Shown piece by piece: positions 1 through 8,937 of a stretch of DNA of 64,000 bases. A model generated the notes under the pieces. The model did not search any database and was not told the origin of the DNA. It saw nothing but the letters and a program-made list of their open reading frames with translations. Every line of letters starts with the position of its first letter. Position 1 is the stretch's first letter. The position numbers were made by a program, and so were the translations under genes. This DNA is from Coriobacteriia bacterium. GTDB lineage: Bacteria > Actinomycetota > Coriobacteriia > Anaerosomatales > SLCP01. The stretch lies in contig JAHYJI010000003.1 in the NCBI GenBank assembly GCA_019429145.1, forward strand, positions 47 to 64,046, given 5' to 3'.

Positions 1-246
1 GGCCGCCCTCAGCGATGCGCGGATGCGCTCGACCAGCTCGCCTGCGGCCTTCTCGGTAAACGTGATCGTCAGTAGCTCGTTGACGGCCGCCGGCGCCCAC
101 TCTTCGTCGACGCCGGGAATCACCGCCCTCACGAACCGCTCGGTGAGCGCCCGGGTCTTGCCGGTTCCCGCCCCGGCGCTGATAAGGACGGGCCCGGCCA
201 GCGTGCTTGCTGCTCGTTCCTGCCCTTCGTTGAGCGGAAATGTCAT
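1..246 (-). CDS. addA: UvrD/AddA-type superfamily-1 helicase, N-terminal fragment (gene runs off the left edge)
   Basis: Own translation of the minus strand from ATG at 246: MTFPLNEGQERAASTLAGPVLISAGAGTGKTRALTERF..., with Walker A GAGTGKT. The start overlaps the stop of the upstream addB-like gene (ATGA junction at 243-246). Confidence 0.75.
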   Translation of the reverse strand, partial: MTFPLNEGQERAASTLAGPVLISAGAGTGKTRALTERFVRAVIPGVDEEWAPAAVNELLTITFTEKAAGELVERIRASLRAA

Positions 247-3056
247 CGGGGATGCGCCTCCTCGCACGCCGCGCATGCAGGGCACGTGGCGCAGGCGTCG
301 CAGCCACCGGCGACCGGCGCGATCGCGCCCGAACGAATGCCCTCAGCCGCAGCGCGAACCCGGTCGGCGGCTGTTGAGAGGATCGAGGCCAGGGCCTGCG
401 CGTCCACCGCGTCGACGCTCGATCCGCACTCCAGCAGGGAGAGACGATCCTCCCGCCAGAAGCCACGCGCGGTACGCGATCGTAACGACCGGTAGATCGC
501 ACCGTGCGGTTCACCGGCGAACAGGGTAGCCGCTGTCAACAGGTAGACGGGCAGCTGGATGACGCCGCTGCCGGCGAACGAAGCGTGTCCGGATACGCTT
601 GCTGCCGACTTGTAGTCCGTGACCACCAGGCCGCCGTGGCCCGAGTCGATCCGGTCGATCCTCCCCTTCAGGGCGACCCCGGCCAGCTCGAAGGGCCGCC
701 CTTCCTCGCGTCCGAAGGCGAGTTCGTGCTGGATAGGGGTGTACCCGGGGAGCAGAGATGCATCGTCCTCCACGACTCCTGCGACCCACCGTCTCACGCG
801 CGCCGCCGCAAGCTCCTCAGCAAGACCTCTGGTGTCGGGCGCTTTTTCGAGGACCGCGTCGACGGCCTCATCCGCCACGCGCAACGCCTCCGGCAGGTCC
901 TCTGGAAGGACCCGCCTCGAAGCGCCCGTCCCCGACCACCGCTCGTAGAAGAGGGCGAGCGCTTCGTGTGCCGCACTCCCCGCCTCGCGTGCTTCGAAGG
1001 CGACATCGATCTCCCGGGGCCTGACCGCGCTCTCGACGAACCACCGGTAGGGACAGATCGTATACCGCTCCAGCTCGGACACCGAGAACTCGTCCCGTGC
1101 CCTGATGGCGGCGAGTACGTCATCGGAGGCAAGAACGCCTCTGGAGGGCCGGAACGGGCGGTGTCGTCCCGAGGCTCGCTCCTGCCTCCGGCCGGGCGAG
1201 TAGCTGACCGAACTCTCGGCAAGCGTGCTGAGCGGTCGGCAGACACACGGGAGGCCCTCGGGGTGGCCTTCATCGTCCTGACCGGCGCCTGGATCGCGGT
1301 ACAGATCGAGCACCTCGTCCCAGAACACGGAGGGCCGAAGTGCCTGGCCGGTCACGTCCGTGGCCTGCCGCAGCAATACCAGGCGCTTCCTGGGCCGCGT
1401 GACCGCCGTGTAGAAGAGGAGCCGCTCGGAGCCGCGTCCGTCGGCTCCTGCAGAGACACCGAGGCGTTCGATGAACTCCTCGGCGACCGAATGCGGGCGC
1501 TCCGGCGAGAACTCCGTCGCGTTGAGCCCGCCGAGTATCACCGCGTCGAACCGGCGCGAGCGCACCCGGTGCACCTCGGTAACGAGTACCGCGTCATCTC
1601 GCCCCGAGCCGCCGGGCGAGACGGTGGTCCGGCACAGAGCCTCTCGTGCTTCGCCCTCTCCTACCGCCTGCGAGATACCTCCTGCCAGGGCAGCCAACGT
1701 TCTCAGGGCTTCCCGGTGTACGGCGCAGTCCATCCTCCCGGCAGCGCCTGCCAGTCCGCGGCGAGCCTCTGCCGCCATCAAGAGCGCGTCGACGAGGTGT
1801 TGCCATTTATTGACATTCTGTCGACTCAAGCCCTCTGCGCACACGCTGCGAGCCCTCCCGATCGCCACGGCGGTGGCCGGCACTCGAGTCGCCGCATCCT
1901 GCAGCAGCCGTGGCCCGGAAACGCGATGTCGTCTCCACATCACATCGAGTTGCTCCACGTCGGCAGGCGCCGCTCCGGAATACGGTGAGTGGAGGAACGC
2001 CAGCATCCGTTCTCGCGATGCGTCCCGTCCCGAGGACGTGTCCAGAAGGCCGAGAAGCGCCCTGCCCATCGCAGTGGAGGCCAGGGGCACCGCCACGTCG
2101 ACGCTCACGGCTACTCCCGCCTGTGCCGCTGCAGCCTCGATCGCAGCGGTGCGAGAGGCGGCGTTGCGGAAGACGATGGCGATGCGGGAGGGCTCGACCC
2201 CATCCGCGACCATCTCGGCGGCGAGGTCGACGGCGAGTACGGCCTCGGCCTGCTCCCCTGCCGCCTCGGCGAAGACAACCGCTCCGCACGGCGTGATCGG
2301 CTCTGAAGGTCGATAGAGATCGTGTTCCAGCCGACCAAGCTCCTCCGTCGAGGGCGGTGTTTGCACGTGAACGTGCTCGCCGAGGGCGGCGAGGCGTCGC
2401 ACGAGCGGCGTCAGCGCCTCCGTTGCCGGCACGTCCTCCTCCCACGGGAGTGCAACCCTAACGTCTGCTACCGCGGCCAGGCCTGACACGAAGGACTCCT
2501 GGGCCGGTGAGAGGTCCGTGAACCTATTGACCGCTATCGGGCCCTCGTGCAACGGGGGGTCCGTCCCGAGCAGCGTCGCGGCTCGGCCCGGTTCGATCAG
2601 CCCCTGCGCGCGCGCGAGATCGTCGTAGCGACGGAGGACCGCGACCAGCTCCGTGTCCTCCGCACTCAGCGGCCGGGGGTCGGTGGGGCCGGCAAGACGC
2701 TCGGCGACCGAAGCAAGCGCACGAACGAAGCCCGGCCGTTTCGCCGAAGAGGCGATGGTGGAAAGTGGCGCCTCGGCACATGCTCGCACCATGAGGGCCT
2801 CTCGGAGCCCCCTGTCGATGAGGCGACGCCCGTCACCGTAGAGCGACCACAGCTCTGAGATCCACTCGTCGAGGACGATCGTGCGCACGCCGCTGATCTG
2901 CCGAATGGCGAACTCGTCGGCTGCCCTGCGCGCATCCGGCCTCGTTGGCACGAGAACGACGGCGTTCGTTCCCGTGCGTGCTGCGTCGAGCACCGGTTCG
3001 TACAGCAGCCCCGACTTGCCCGCGTTCGGGCGCCCTGTCACGAGGGTGAGCGTCAT
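243..3056 (-). CDS. addB: AddB/RexB-type helicase-nuclease subunit with PD-(D/E)XK nuclease and Cys-cluster C-terminus
   Basis: 937-aa ORF with N-terminal Walker A GRPNAGKSG. C-terminal RecB-nuclease-like motifs (GRIDRID ... VVTDYKS) are bracketed by Cys residues (ICPYRW ... GGCDACATCPACAAC), as in Fe-S AddB. addB-addA order and overlap as in Bacillus. Confidence 0.8.
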   Translation of the reverse strand: MTLTLVTGRPNAGKSGLLYEPVLDAARTGTNAVVLVPTRPDARRAADEFAIRQISGVRTIVLDEWISELWSLYGDGRRLIDRGLREALMVRACAEAPLSTIASSAKRPGFVRALASVAERLAGPTDPRPLSAEDTELVAVLRRYDDLARAQGLIEPGRAATLLGTDPPLHEGPIAVNRFTDLSPAQESFVSGLAAVADVRVALPWEEDVPATEALTPLVRRLAALGEHVHVQTPPSTEELGRLEHDLYRPSEPITPCGAVVFAEAAGEQAEAVLAVDLAAEMVADGVEPSRIAIVFRNAASRTAAIEAAAAQAGVAVSVDVAVPLASTAMGRALLGLLDTSSGRDASRERMLAFLHSPYSGAAPADVEQLDVMWRRHRVSGPRLLQDAATRVPATAVAIGRARSVCAEGLSRQNVNKWQHLVDALLMAAEARRGLAGAAGRMDCAVHREALRTLAALAGGISQAVGEGEAREALCRTTVSPGGSGRDDAVLVTEVHRVRSRRFDAVILGGLNATEFSPERPHSVAEEFIERLGVSAGADGRGSERLLFYTAVTRPRKRLVLLRQATDVTGQALRPSVFWDEVLDLYRDPGAGQDDEGHPEGLPCVCRPLSTLAESSVSYSPGRRQERASGRHRPFRPSRGVLASDDVLAAIRARDEFSVSELERYTICPYRWFVESAVRPREIDVAFEAREAGSAAHEALALFYERWSGTGASRRVLPEDLPEALRVADEAVDAVLEKAPDTRGLAEELAAARVRRWVAGVVEDDASLLPGYTPIQHELAFGREEGRPFELAGVALKGRIDRIDSGHGGLVVTDYKSAASVSGHASFAGSGVIQLPVYLLTAATLFAGEPHGAIYRSLRSRTARGFWREDRLSLLECGSSVDAVDAQALASILSTAADRVRAAAEGIRSGAIAPVAGGCDACATCPACAACEEAHPR

Positions 3057-3105
3057 CAGGTTCTCCCCTTTCGAGGAGAGAGCGTCTCACCCGCATCTGA
3101 CACGA

Positions 3106-3405
3106 TCAGTGTGCGGCCTGCGCGCGCGTGTACCGCTGGACCCCCTCGCGAATCTCGCGAACCTTGCGCCAGGCGACTTCCTCATCGCGACCGAGATAGT
3201 GCTCGACACGATCGCCGAGATTCTCCGCGGCGCGCTCGGCACTATCCGCGACGTTTCGCGCGACCTCGGCAGCATGTCGTGCCTCGGCTGCGATCCTGCG
3301 CCGGGTCTTCGCTCCGCTTGAAGGAGCAAAAAGGATCCCGAAGATCACTCCTGCGGCCAGGCCAACGAGCGTACCCACGACGAACCACGCCATCTTGTCC
3401 CTCAT
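3106..3405 (-). CDS. YtxH-like small membrane/stress protein
   Basis: Only the last 99 codons of the 308-aa ORF are credible: MRDKMAWFVVGTLVGLAAGVIFGILFAPSSGAKTRRRI..., a TM helix plus the LFAPxSGxxTR motif typical of YtxH proteins. The rest of that ORF is antisense to parB. The start overlaps the parB stop (TGATG). Confidence 0.6.
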   Translation of the reverse strand: MRDKMAWFVVGTLVGLAAGVIFGILFAPSSGAKTRRRIAAEARHAAEVARNVADSAERAAENLGDRVEHYLGRDEEVAWRKVREIREGVQRYTRAQAAH

Positions 3406-4277
3406 CACGCCTCCTCGGTGGAGATCGCGGGTGCCTCGCCTTCGGTGAGGAGTCTGAAGATGCGTTCGAGCTCCTCCTCGCCGTGGAACTCTATCTCTAT
3501 CTTGCCCTTCTGCTGGGTCTGCTTGACCCGGACACCCGTGCCGAGAATGCGTCTCAGCTTCCGCGCGACTATCTTGAACGACTTCGGCGTCTGGGGACGA
3601 GGCGCCCGTTCCGCCTGCCCGGCCGCGAACAATCGCGCCATGTTCTCGGTATCGCGAACCGACAACCCCTCTGCAACGACCTTCTCCGCGAGCCTGACCC
3701 GCATCGCCTCGTCGGGCACAGAGAGGATCGTGCGAGCGTGGCCCGCGGACAGGGCTCCTTGGTACACGAGTCCCTGCACTTCTTCGGGCAGGTCGAGCAG
3801 GCGCAGCGCGTTGGTGACCGCAGAACGGGACTTCGACACCTTGTCTGCGAGCTCGGCCTGGGTCATCTGGTGATCCGAGAGCAGGCGCCTGAAGCCGCGC
3901 GCCTCCTCGATCGGGTTGAGGTCTTCCCGTTGCAGATTCTCTATGAGCGCAAGCTCGAGTGACTCGGTCTCGCCGATGTTGAGCACTCTGACCGGCACCC
4001 GCTCCAGGCCCGCCATACGGGCCGCCCTCCACCGCCGTTCACCTGCGATGATCTGATAGCCATCGCTGTAGGGACGCACGATGATCGCCTGCAGAACGCC
4101 GACCTTGCGCACGGAATCGGCGAGCTCGGCTACGGCGCCATCGTCGATGTCGGTCCTCGGCTGCTTGGGGTTCGGGGCGATCTGATCGACCGCGACCTCC
4201 CTGACCTCCTCGTCGCCCTCCTCGATGGTGTTGGGTATGAGCGCCGACAGGCCCCGTCCCAGTCCCCTCTTAGACAC
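3405..4277 (-). CDS. parB: Chromosome partitioning protein ParB/Spo0J
   Basis: 290 aa with MSKRGLGRGLSALIP N-terminus and IIAGERRWRAARMAG ParB box. Sits downstream of parA, with two parS sites nearby. Confidence 0.95.
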   Translation of the reverse strand: MSKRGLGRGLSALIPNTIEEGDEEVREVAVDQIAPNPKQPRTDIDDGAVAELADSVRKVGVLQAIIVRPYSDGYQIIAGERRWRAARMAGLERVPVRVLNIGETESLELALIENLQREDLNPIEEARGFRRLLSDHQMTQAELADKVSKSRSAVTNALRLLDLPEEVQGLVYQGALSAGHARTILSVPDEAMRVRLAEKVVAEGLSVRDTENMARLFAAGQAERAPRPQTPKSFKIVARKLRRILGTGVRVKQTQQKGKIEIEFHGEEELERIFRLLTEGEAPAISTEEA

Positions 4278-5130
4278 GATCGATCACTTCCTTCGCTAGT
4301 GCCCGGTAGGCTTGGGCACCCTTGCCGTTAGGGTCGTAGAGCGTCACTGGTTGCCCGAAGCTCGGGGCCTCGGAGAGACGCACCGAGCGCGGGATGAGGG
4401 TGTCGAACACCTTGCCGTTGAAGAACTCGCGCACCTCATCGACGACCTGCTGCGAGAGCCGTGTCCTCACATCGAACATCGTCATGACCACGCCGAACAC
4501 CTCGAGTGCCGGATTGAGGTGGGCACGAACCAGGCGCACGCTGTCAAGCAATTTGGAAAGTCCTTCCAGCGCGTAGTACTCGCACTGTATCGGGATGATC
4601 AGACCCTCAGCTGCGGTGAGTGCGTTCACCGTCAGCAACCCGAGCGAGGGCGGGCAGTCGATGATGATGTACTCGAAGTCGGCAAGAACCGGTGCCAGAA
4701 TCGTCTTCAGGCGGTTTTCCCGGCTCATTGCAGAGACCAGCTCGATCTCGGCGCCGGCGAGTTGGATCGTCGCGGGAACTGCGAACACGTGTTCGACTTC
4801 AACCGGCTCGATCAGAGAGGCGAGCTCGGACTCGCCGAGAAGCGCATCGTAGATACACTCGCTGCGCTGGTTCCGGTTCAGCCCGAAGCCCGAAGTCGCA
4901 TTGCCCTGCGGGTCCAGGTCGACGAGAAGCACCTTGCGACCAAGCTCTCCGAGGCAGGCGCTGAGATTCACAGCTGTAGTGCTCTTGCCGACGCCGCCCT
5001 TCTGGTTGACCACGGCAAGGACTCGACCTCTCCTGGCCGGAGACTGGTCCTGGCGAACGATCCCGTCACTCTCGGACACAAGCACCCCTCTCCCCGCATG
5101 AGCGAGACGACAGCCGATAGTATAGGCCAT
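4270..5130 (-). CDS. parA: Chromosome partitioning ATPase ParA/Soj
   Basis: Deviant Walker A VVNQKGGVGKSTT. Overlaps the parB start by 8 nt. The true start may be an internal GTG (5085 or 5079), preceded by GGGGAGAGGG. Confidence 0.9.
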   Translation of the reverse strand: MAYTIGCRLAHAGRGVLVSESDGIVRQDQSPARRGRVLAVVNQKGGVGKSTTAVNLSACLGELGRKVLLVDLDPQGNATSGFGLNRNQRSECIYDALLGESELASLIEPVEVEHVFAVPATIQLAGAEIELVSAMSRENRLKTILAPVLADFEYIIIDCPPSLGLLTVNALTAAEGLIIPIQCEYYALEGLSKLLDSVRLVRAHLNPALEVFGVVMTMFDVRTRLSQQVVDEVREFFNGKVFDTLIPRSVRLSEAPSFGQPVTLYDPNGKGAQAYRALAKEVIDRV

Positions 5131-5160
5131 CCGAGCAGGTGAGGGAAGTGACGGACGCCT

Positions 5161-5922
5161 CTAGCCGAGGGGCCGCTTCTGGGCAAGGCCGATACGTCGA
5201 GGCAGCTGGACCCTTGGGCTCCCGGTCTTGGTGTAGCGAATCAAAGTGCGGCGTTCTCCGGACTCCGGCAGGACATACTCGACCGATTCGCTTTCCTCCA
5301 AACCAACGACATCCGCAGCCGTGCGACCGGCCTCCATCTCCTGCGCGGTTGGTGATCCCTTCATTGCAAGCAGGTGCCCACCGTCTCTGATGAGCGGACT
5401 CGCGAGTTCCACGAGCGAAGGCAGTGACGTCAGCGCCCGCGCCGTGACGCACCCGTAGAGTCCTGGGTGCGCTTCGGCGACCTGCTCGGCTCGCATGGGA
5501 AGTGACTCGCTGCCAGAGAGGCCACCGAGACTCTGGATGCACTCCTCGAGAAAGCGAGCCTTCTTCTTCGCAGACTCTATCAGGTCAACCGGACGAGAGC
5601 ACACTATGGACAGCGGAACGCCGGGGTAGCCGGCGCCGCTACCGATATCGCCGATTCGGCCCTCGGTGCGGCTGACATACGGTACAAGCGCGAGAGAATC
5701 GACCACATGCAAACGAATCGCGGAAGCCCGGTCCTTGATCGCAGTTAGGTTAAGGAGCTCGTTCGCTGCGAGCACCTTATCCATGTGCGCCAACAACATG
5801 CTCGCTTGGCTCTCAGTTACGACAACCCCGACTTCCGCAGCAAGCTCGATGATCTGCGCGCGTTCCCCATTGCCCAAGGCTAAATCCTTCCGTGAGTATG
5901 TTTCACGTGAAACATCATACAC
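5161..5922 (-). CDS. rsmG: 16S rRNA (guanine527-N7)-methyltransferase RsmG/GidB
   Basis: 253 aa with SAM-binding motif DIGSGAGYPGVPL. N-terminal MYDVSRET is encoded by a parS site. Canonical position next to parAB. Confidence 0.9.
   Translation of the reverse strand: MYDVSRETYSRKDLALGNGERAQIIELAAEVGVVVTESQASMLLAHMDKVLAANELLNLTAIKDRASAIRLHVVDSLALVPYVSRTEGRIGDIGSGAGYPGVPLSIVCSRPVDLIESAKKKARFLEECIQSLGGLSGSESLPMRAEQVAEAHPGLYGCVTARALTSLPSLVELASPLIRDGGHLLAMKGSPTAQEMEAGRTAADVVGLEESESVEYVLPESGERRTLIRYTKTGSPRVQLPRRIGLAQKRPLG
5899..5914. promoter_or_regulatory. parS centromere-like site 1 (TGTTTCACGTGAAACA)
   Basis: Perfect 16-bp palindrome matching the ParB-binding consensus tGTTtCACGTGAAACa. Lies in the first codons of rsmG. 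Confidence 0.85.
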
Positions 5923-5959
5923 CTCAAGTCGGGCATTTCGGGCGGCTGCTCATCGAACA

Positions 5960-5975
5960 TGTTTCACGTGAAACA
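5960..5975. promoter_or_regulatory. parS centromere-like site 2 (TGTTTCACGTGAAACA)
   Basis: Identical 16-bp palindrome 61 bp from site 1, just upstream of rsmG. Confidence 0.85.
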
Positions 5976-6443
5976 CCCGCTTTGGTGATTGAGCTCGCCC
6001 GTTACAGGCGGACACGACGCTGCATCCTGCGGGCATGCAGTCAGAGGAGACTCCCAGTGGGGCTCTACCGGAACTGCAGCGCCTGAGGGGGTGCGACCCA
6101 TTGTCGGACGTTCCCCTCTGAGGTGCCTGTCACTCGAGAGACTCCTGCTGCAAGACTGCACGCTTCAATGACAAGAACCTTCGATTCACAGAATTCTGGC
6201 AAGGAGTCCGGTTCTGTCGATTGTCAGATGAGTTTGGAGTTGCGAAGTGCCTGTGAGGGTTTCTGAACACGCGCAGACCGAGAAGGCACCCTGCAGGCCG
6301 GACACTGGTCGTCCGTCAGGCTCTGTCACCAGGAAGGCCGTCGAACGGATTCTCATATCCCCGAGCAACGACTTCGCGTCTCGACGAGTGAGCTCGATCG
6401 GAGACGCACCGACCCCGGCTCTTCTCTCCGCTCGCCCCGAACG

Positions 6444-6476
6444 TGAAAGGGCGGCCATCGTGGCCGCCCTTTCACC
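6444..6476. terminator. Strong hairpin downstream of jag (putative bidirectional terminator)
   Basis: GTGAAAGGGCGGCC-atcgt-GGCCGCCCTTTCAC, a 14-bp perfect stem 22 nt after the jag stop. No clear U-tract. Confidence 0.6.
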
Positions 6477-6497
6477 AGTGATGCTTTGAATGACAGA

Positions 6498-7286
6498 CTA
6501 TCCGCGTCGCGGGCTCACCACAACCGAGCGGAAGGGCTCTTCGCCTTCGCTCGCGGTGACTACTCGCTGGTCTTCCCTCAGCGCGACATGTACGACCCTG
6601 CGCTCCAATGCAGACATCGGACGGAGTTTGACCGGCCCGTTCTGGCGAACAGCTCTGTCCGCAGCACGCTGCCCGATCTCTTCCAACTTGACGCGTCGCC
6701 TGTTCCGGTAGCCCTCCACGTCGACGAGAACGGGATAGCGGAATCCCAGTCGCCGGTTGGTTATCGCGGCCACGAGTACCTGCAGCGCATCGAGTGTCCG
6801 ACCGTGCCGGCCGATCAGCAGGCCGAGGTCCCCACCGACGATATCCAGGATGATCTCGCCCTCGTCGCCCTCGTACTCCTCGATGGTGGCTTCGATTCCG
6901 AAACCATCCAGTACGCTCTGTATCGAGCTTACGGCCTCATCGGCGATGCGGTCGAGGTCCTCGTCGCTCAGTTCCTCAGGCGCGACGGTCGGAAAGCCAC
7001 CCCGGGGAACTGCCGGCGACTGTACGCCCTCGGCTGCCTCGGCAACGGTAGAGTCTTCTGTCGAGAAGGCCTCCTCCTGTTCCCGCGCGCTGATCTCTGC
7101 CACGAACTCCTCGCGCAACCACACCCGGACCTGTGCGCGACGCTCCGAACCCAGGCCGAACAGGCGCTTGCCCGGCTCCCCTACAACCTCGTACTGAACT
7201 GCGTCCTGCTGCACCCCAAGCTCTGCGAGCGCCGTATCGAGTGCTTCTTCAACGGTTGTGCCTTCGGCTGTCGTCTCTCTCTTCAT
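6498..7286 (-). CDS. jag: Jag/KhpB RNA-binding protein (Jag-N, KH, R3H)
   Basis: 262 aa; N-terminus MKRETTAEGTTVEEALDTALAELG, C-terminal R3H-like end. Conserved yidC-jag pairing. Confidence 0.85.
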   Translation of the reverse strand: MKRETTAEGTTVEEALDTALAELGVQQDAVQYEVVGEPGKRLFGLGSERRAQVRVWLREEFVAEISAREQEEAFSTEDSTVAEAAEGVQSPAVPRGGFPTVAPEELSDEDLDRIADEAVSSIQSVLDGFGIEATIEEYEGDEGEIILDIVGGDLGLLIGRHGRTLDALQVLVAAITNRRLGFRYPVLVDVEGYRNRRRVKLEEIGQRAADRAVRQNGPVKLRPMSALERRVVHVALREDQRVVTASEGEEPFRSVVVSPRRG

Positions 7287-7289
7287 AGA

Positions 7290-8003
7290 CTACGCGTCCT
7301 CTCCGTGTCCAAGGAGTTTCAGCTGGATCTGCTGTTGTGCGATTCCGAGCACGCTCGAAGTGACCCAGTAGAGCAGCACTCCCGCAGGGCTTATCCACCC
7401 GATATACAACATGAAGACCGCCATGATCATCGCTATCTGCTTCTGCTGGCCTTCGCCGGGCATGAGCATCTGGGGAAGCCAGATGCTCAGACCGAAGAGA
7501 ACAACGAGCAGGGCGTAGGGGATTGCAGACACGAGACCCCCTGAAGACCAAATTGATGCGGGTGTTGCAGTGAGGTCTGGAAGAATTATCCAAAACCGCG
7601 TAGCCGCGGCCTGCTGTGCCTCCGAAAGAGAGGCCACGTACTGAAGGAAGAGTCCCGGGCGATCCGGGGTTCCTCCCAGAACTTGGTAAAGGGCGATGAA
7701 TACCGGCATCTGCAGAAGCAGGGGCAGGCATCCACCGAACGGGTTGACCTTGTTCTCCTGGTAGAACTTGAGCGTCTCCTCCTGGAGCTTCTCCTTATCG
7801 TTCTTGTACTTCTTCTGGAGCTCCTTGATCTTGGGTTGGATGCGCTGCATCTCGTACATCGAACGCGTCTGCTTGACGGTGAGCGGGATCATCAGGAGAC
7901 GTATAGCTACGGTGAGCAGGATGATCGCTACTCCGTAGTCGCCAGTCATGTCGTGCAGGAACTGCAGACCGGAGAAGATGGCTTCCTTGATTGCTAGCCA
8001 CAC
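7290..8003 (-). CDS. yidC: Membrane protein insertase YidC (short monoderm type)
   Basis: 237 aa with motifs LLMIPLTVKQTRSM, KFYQENKVNPFGGCLPLLLQMPVF. GTG start with GAGGAGG 10 nt upstream. Confidence 0.9.
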   Translation of the reverse strand: MWLAIKEAIFSGLQFLHDMTGDYGVAIILLTVAIRLLMIPLTVKQTRSMYEMQRIQPKIKELQKKYKNDKEKLQEETLKFYQENKVNPFGGCLPLLLQMPVFIALYQVLGGTPDRPGLFLQYVASLSEAQQAAATRFWIILPDLTATPASIWSSGGLVSAIPYALLVVLFGLSIWLPQMLMPGEGQQKQIAMIMAVFMLYIGWISPAGVLLYWVTSSVLGIAQQQIQLKLLGHGEDA

Positions 8004-8061
8004 GGGTCGGTGACCTCCTCATTCAAGCCGCCGGGGCGGCTGGTCAGGCGTGGGTGGTACT

Positions 8062-8283
8062 TCAGGGCACCGGGTCGTGTCCACCGGGGTGCCATGGATG
8101 GCATCGGCTCAGGCGTCGAAGCGAGAGCCACCCTCCTTTGATCACACCATAGCGCTGCAGTGATGTTATCGCATACGAGGAGCACGAGGGAGTGAATCGG
8201 CACGAAGGGGGGAAGAGTGGCGACACCACCGTCTGGTAGAGACGCACGAGAGCGATGACGATGCGCCTCGGGATCCTGTTCAT
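8062..8283 (-). CDS. yidD: Membrane protein insertion efficiency factor YidD
   Basis: 73 aa: [24 protein letters not shown]...[13 protein letters not shown]. Confidence 0.9.
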   Translation of the reverse strand: MNRIPRRIVIALVRLYQTVVSPLFPPSCRFTPSCSSYAITSLQRYGVIKGGWLSLRRLSRCHPWHPGGHDPVP

Positions 8284-8612
8284 CGCCCTGCGCCAACTGC
8301 ACGGGAAACGGCTGCGACCGCGTCATCAAGCTGCGATGGGGGAGCGGTCGCCGTGGACGGCCGGGCAATGAGAACGACGTCCGTTCCCGGCCAGGGCCCA
8401 CCAGCCCGGTCCATTGCTGCCCGCATGACTCGCTTGGAGCGATTGCGCTTCACCGCGTTCCCGAGTTTCTTCCCCGCAACAAAAGCGACGCGGCCCTCAG
8501 GGCCGCGCCCGGCTGGTGTCTGCCGTGTCAGGGCGATCACGAGTGGATGAGAAACCCGGGCGCCCGTACGAAACACCTCGTCGATCTCACGGTTAGACCG
8601 GATCGTGCGCAT
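8280..8612 (-). CDS. rnpA: Ribonuclease P protein component
   Basis: Taken from internal Met32 ([14 protein letters not shown]...) of the 141-aa [24 protein letters not shown] is the RNR motif region. Sits downstream of rpmH. Confidence 0.85.
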   Translation of the reverse strand: MRTIRSNREIDEVFRTGARVSHPLVIALTRQTPAGRGPEGRVAFVAGKKLGNAVKRNRSKRVMRAAMDRAGGPWPGTDVVLIARPSTATAPPSQLDDAVAAVSRAVGAGR

Positions 8613-8643
8613 CACGTCACGCCCCGCCCAGGGATTCGAACGG

Positions 8644-8778
8644 TTACGCCGACAGGACCTCGCGACCCTTGCGACGGCGATTCGCGAGTATGCGGCGACC
8701 GGCACGCGTCGACATGCGCACGCGGAATCCGTGCGTCTTGCTGCGCCTGCGGTTGTTCGGCTGAAATGTCCTCTTCAC
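8644..8778 (-). CDS. rpmH: 50S ribosomal protein L34
   Basis: GTG-initiated 44 aa: [50 protein letters not shown] is upstream. Confidence 0.9.
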   Translation of the reverse strand: MKRTFQPNNRRRSKTHGFRVRMSTRAGRRILANRRRKGREVLSA

Positions 8779-8937
8779 GACCTGCTCCTCTGATCCAGCT
8801 CCCGAACGGGAGCAAAGCCCGACGATTATATGCGGCTCCTCCACACGATGTCAACGACATGCTGGCTCCCCGGCTGGTTTTCGCATGGCTCAGCCGGGCT
8901 CGGAGAGGAAAACCGTGTTCCGAAGTGTCGTCAAATC

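Noticed and set aside
23-2445. Multiple 100-490-aa ORFs on both strands inside the addB region (e.g. 504-1988 +, 1471-2316 +, 1807-2445 -)
   Set aside because: All overlap the 937-aa AddB frame, are Arg/Pro/Ser-rich and lack any recognisable domain.
3406-4032. Upstream two-thirds of the 308-aa ORF 3106-4032 (-)
   Set aside because: This part overlaps parB in another frame and is Arg/Gly/Pro-rich. Only the last 99 codons (YtxH-like) look real.
6189-6225. GGAGTCCGGTTCTGTC, and on the minus strand GACAGAACCGGACTCC, resembling the RNase P 3' P4 motif
   Set aside because: Both 'halves' are the same short segment read on opposite strands, and no other RNase P hallmarks are nearby.
6338-6362. Minus-strand GGGGATATGAGAATCCGTTCGACGG, resembling a tmRNA 5' end (GGGG..UGA..GGxUUCGACGG)
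   Set aside because: There is no matching 3' acceptor strand, T arm (GGTTCGA.TCC) or CCA anywhere in the 460-bp gap. The candidate 3' end (..CTCAATCACCA at about 5990) cannot pair with GGGGATA.
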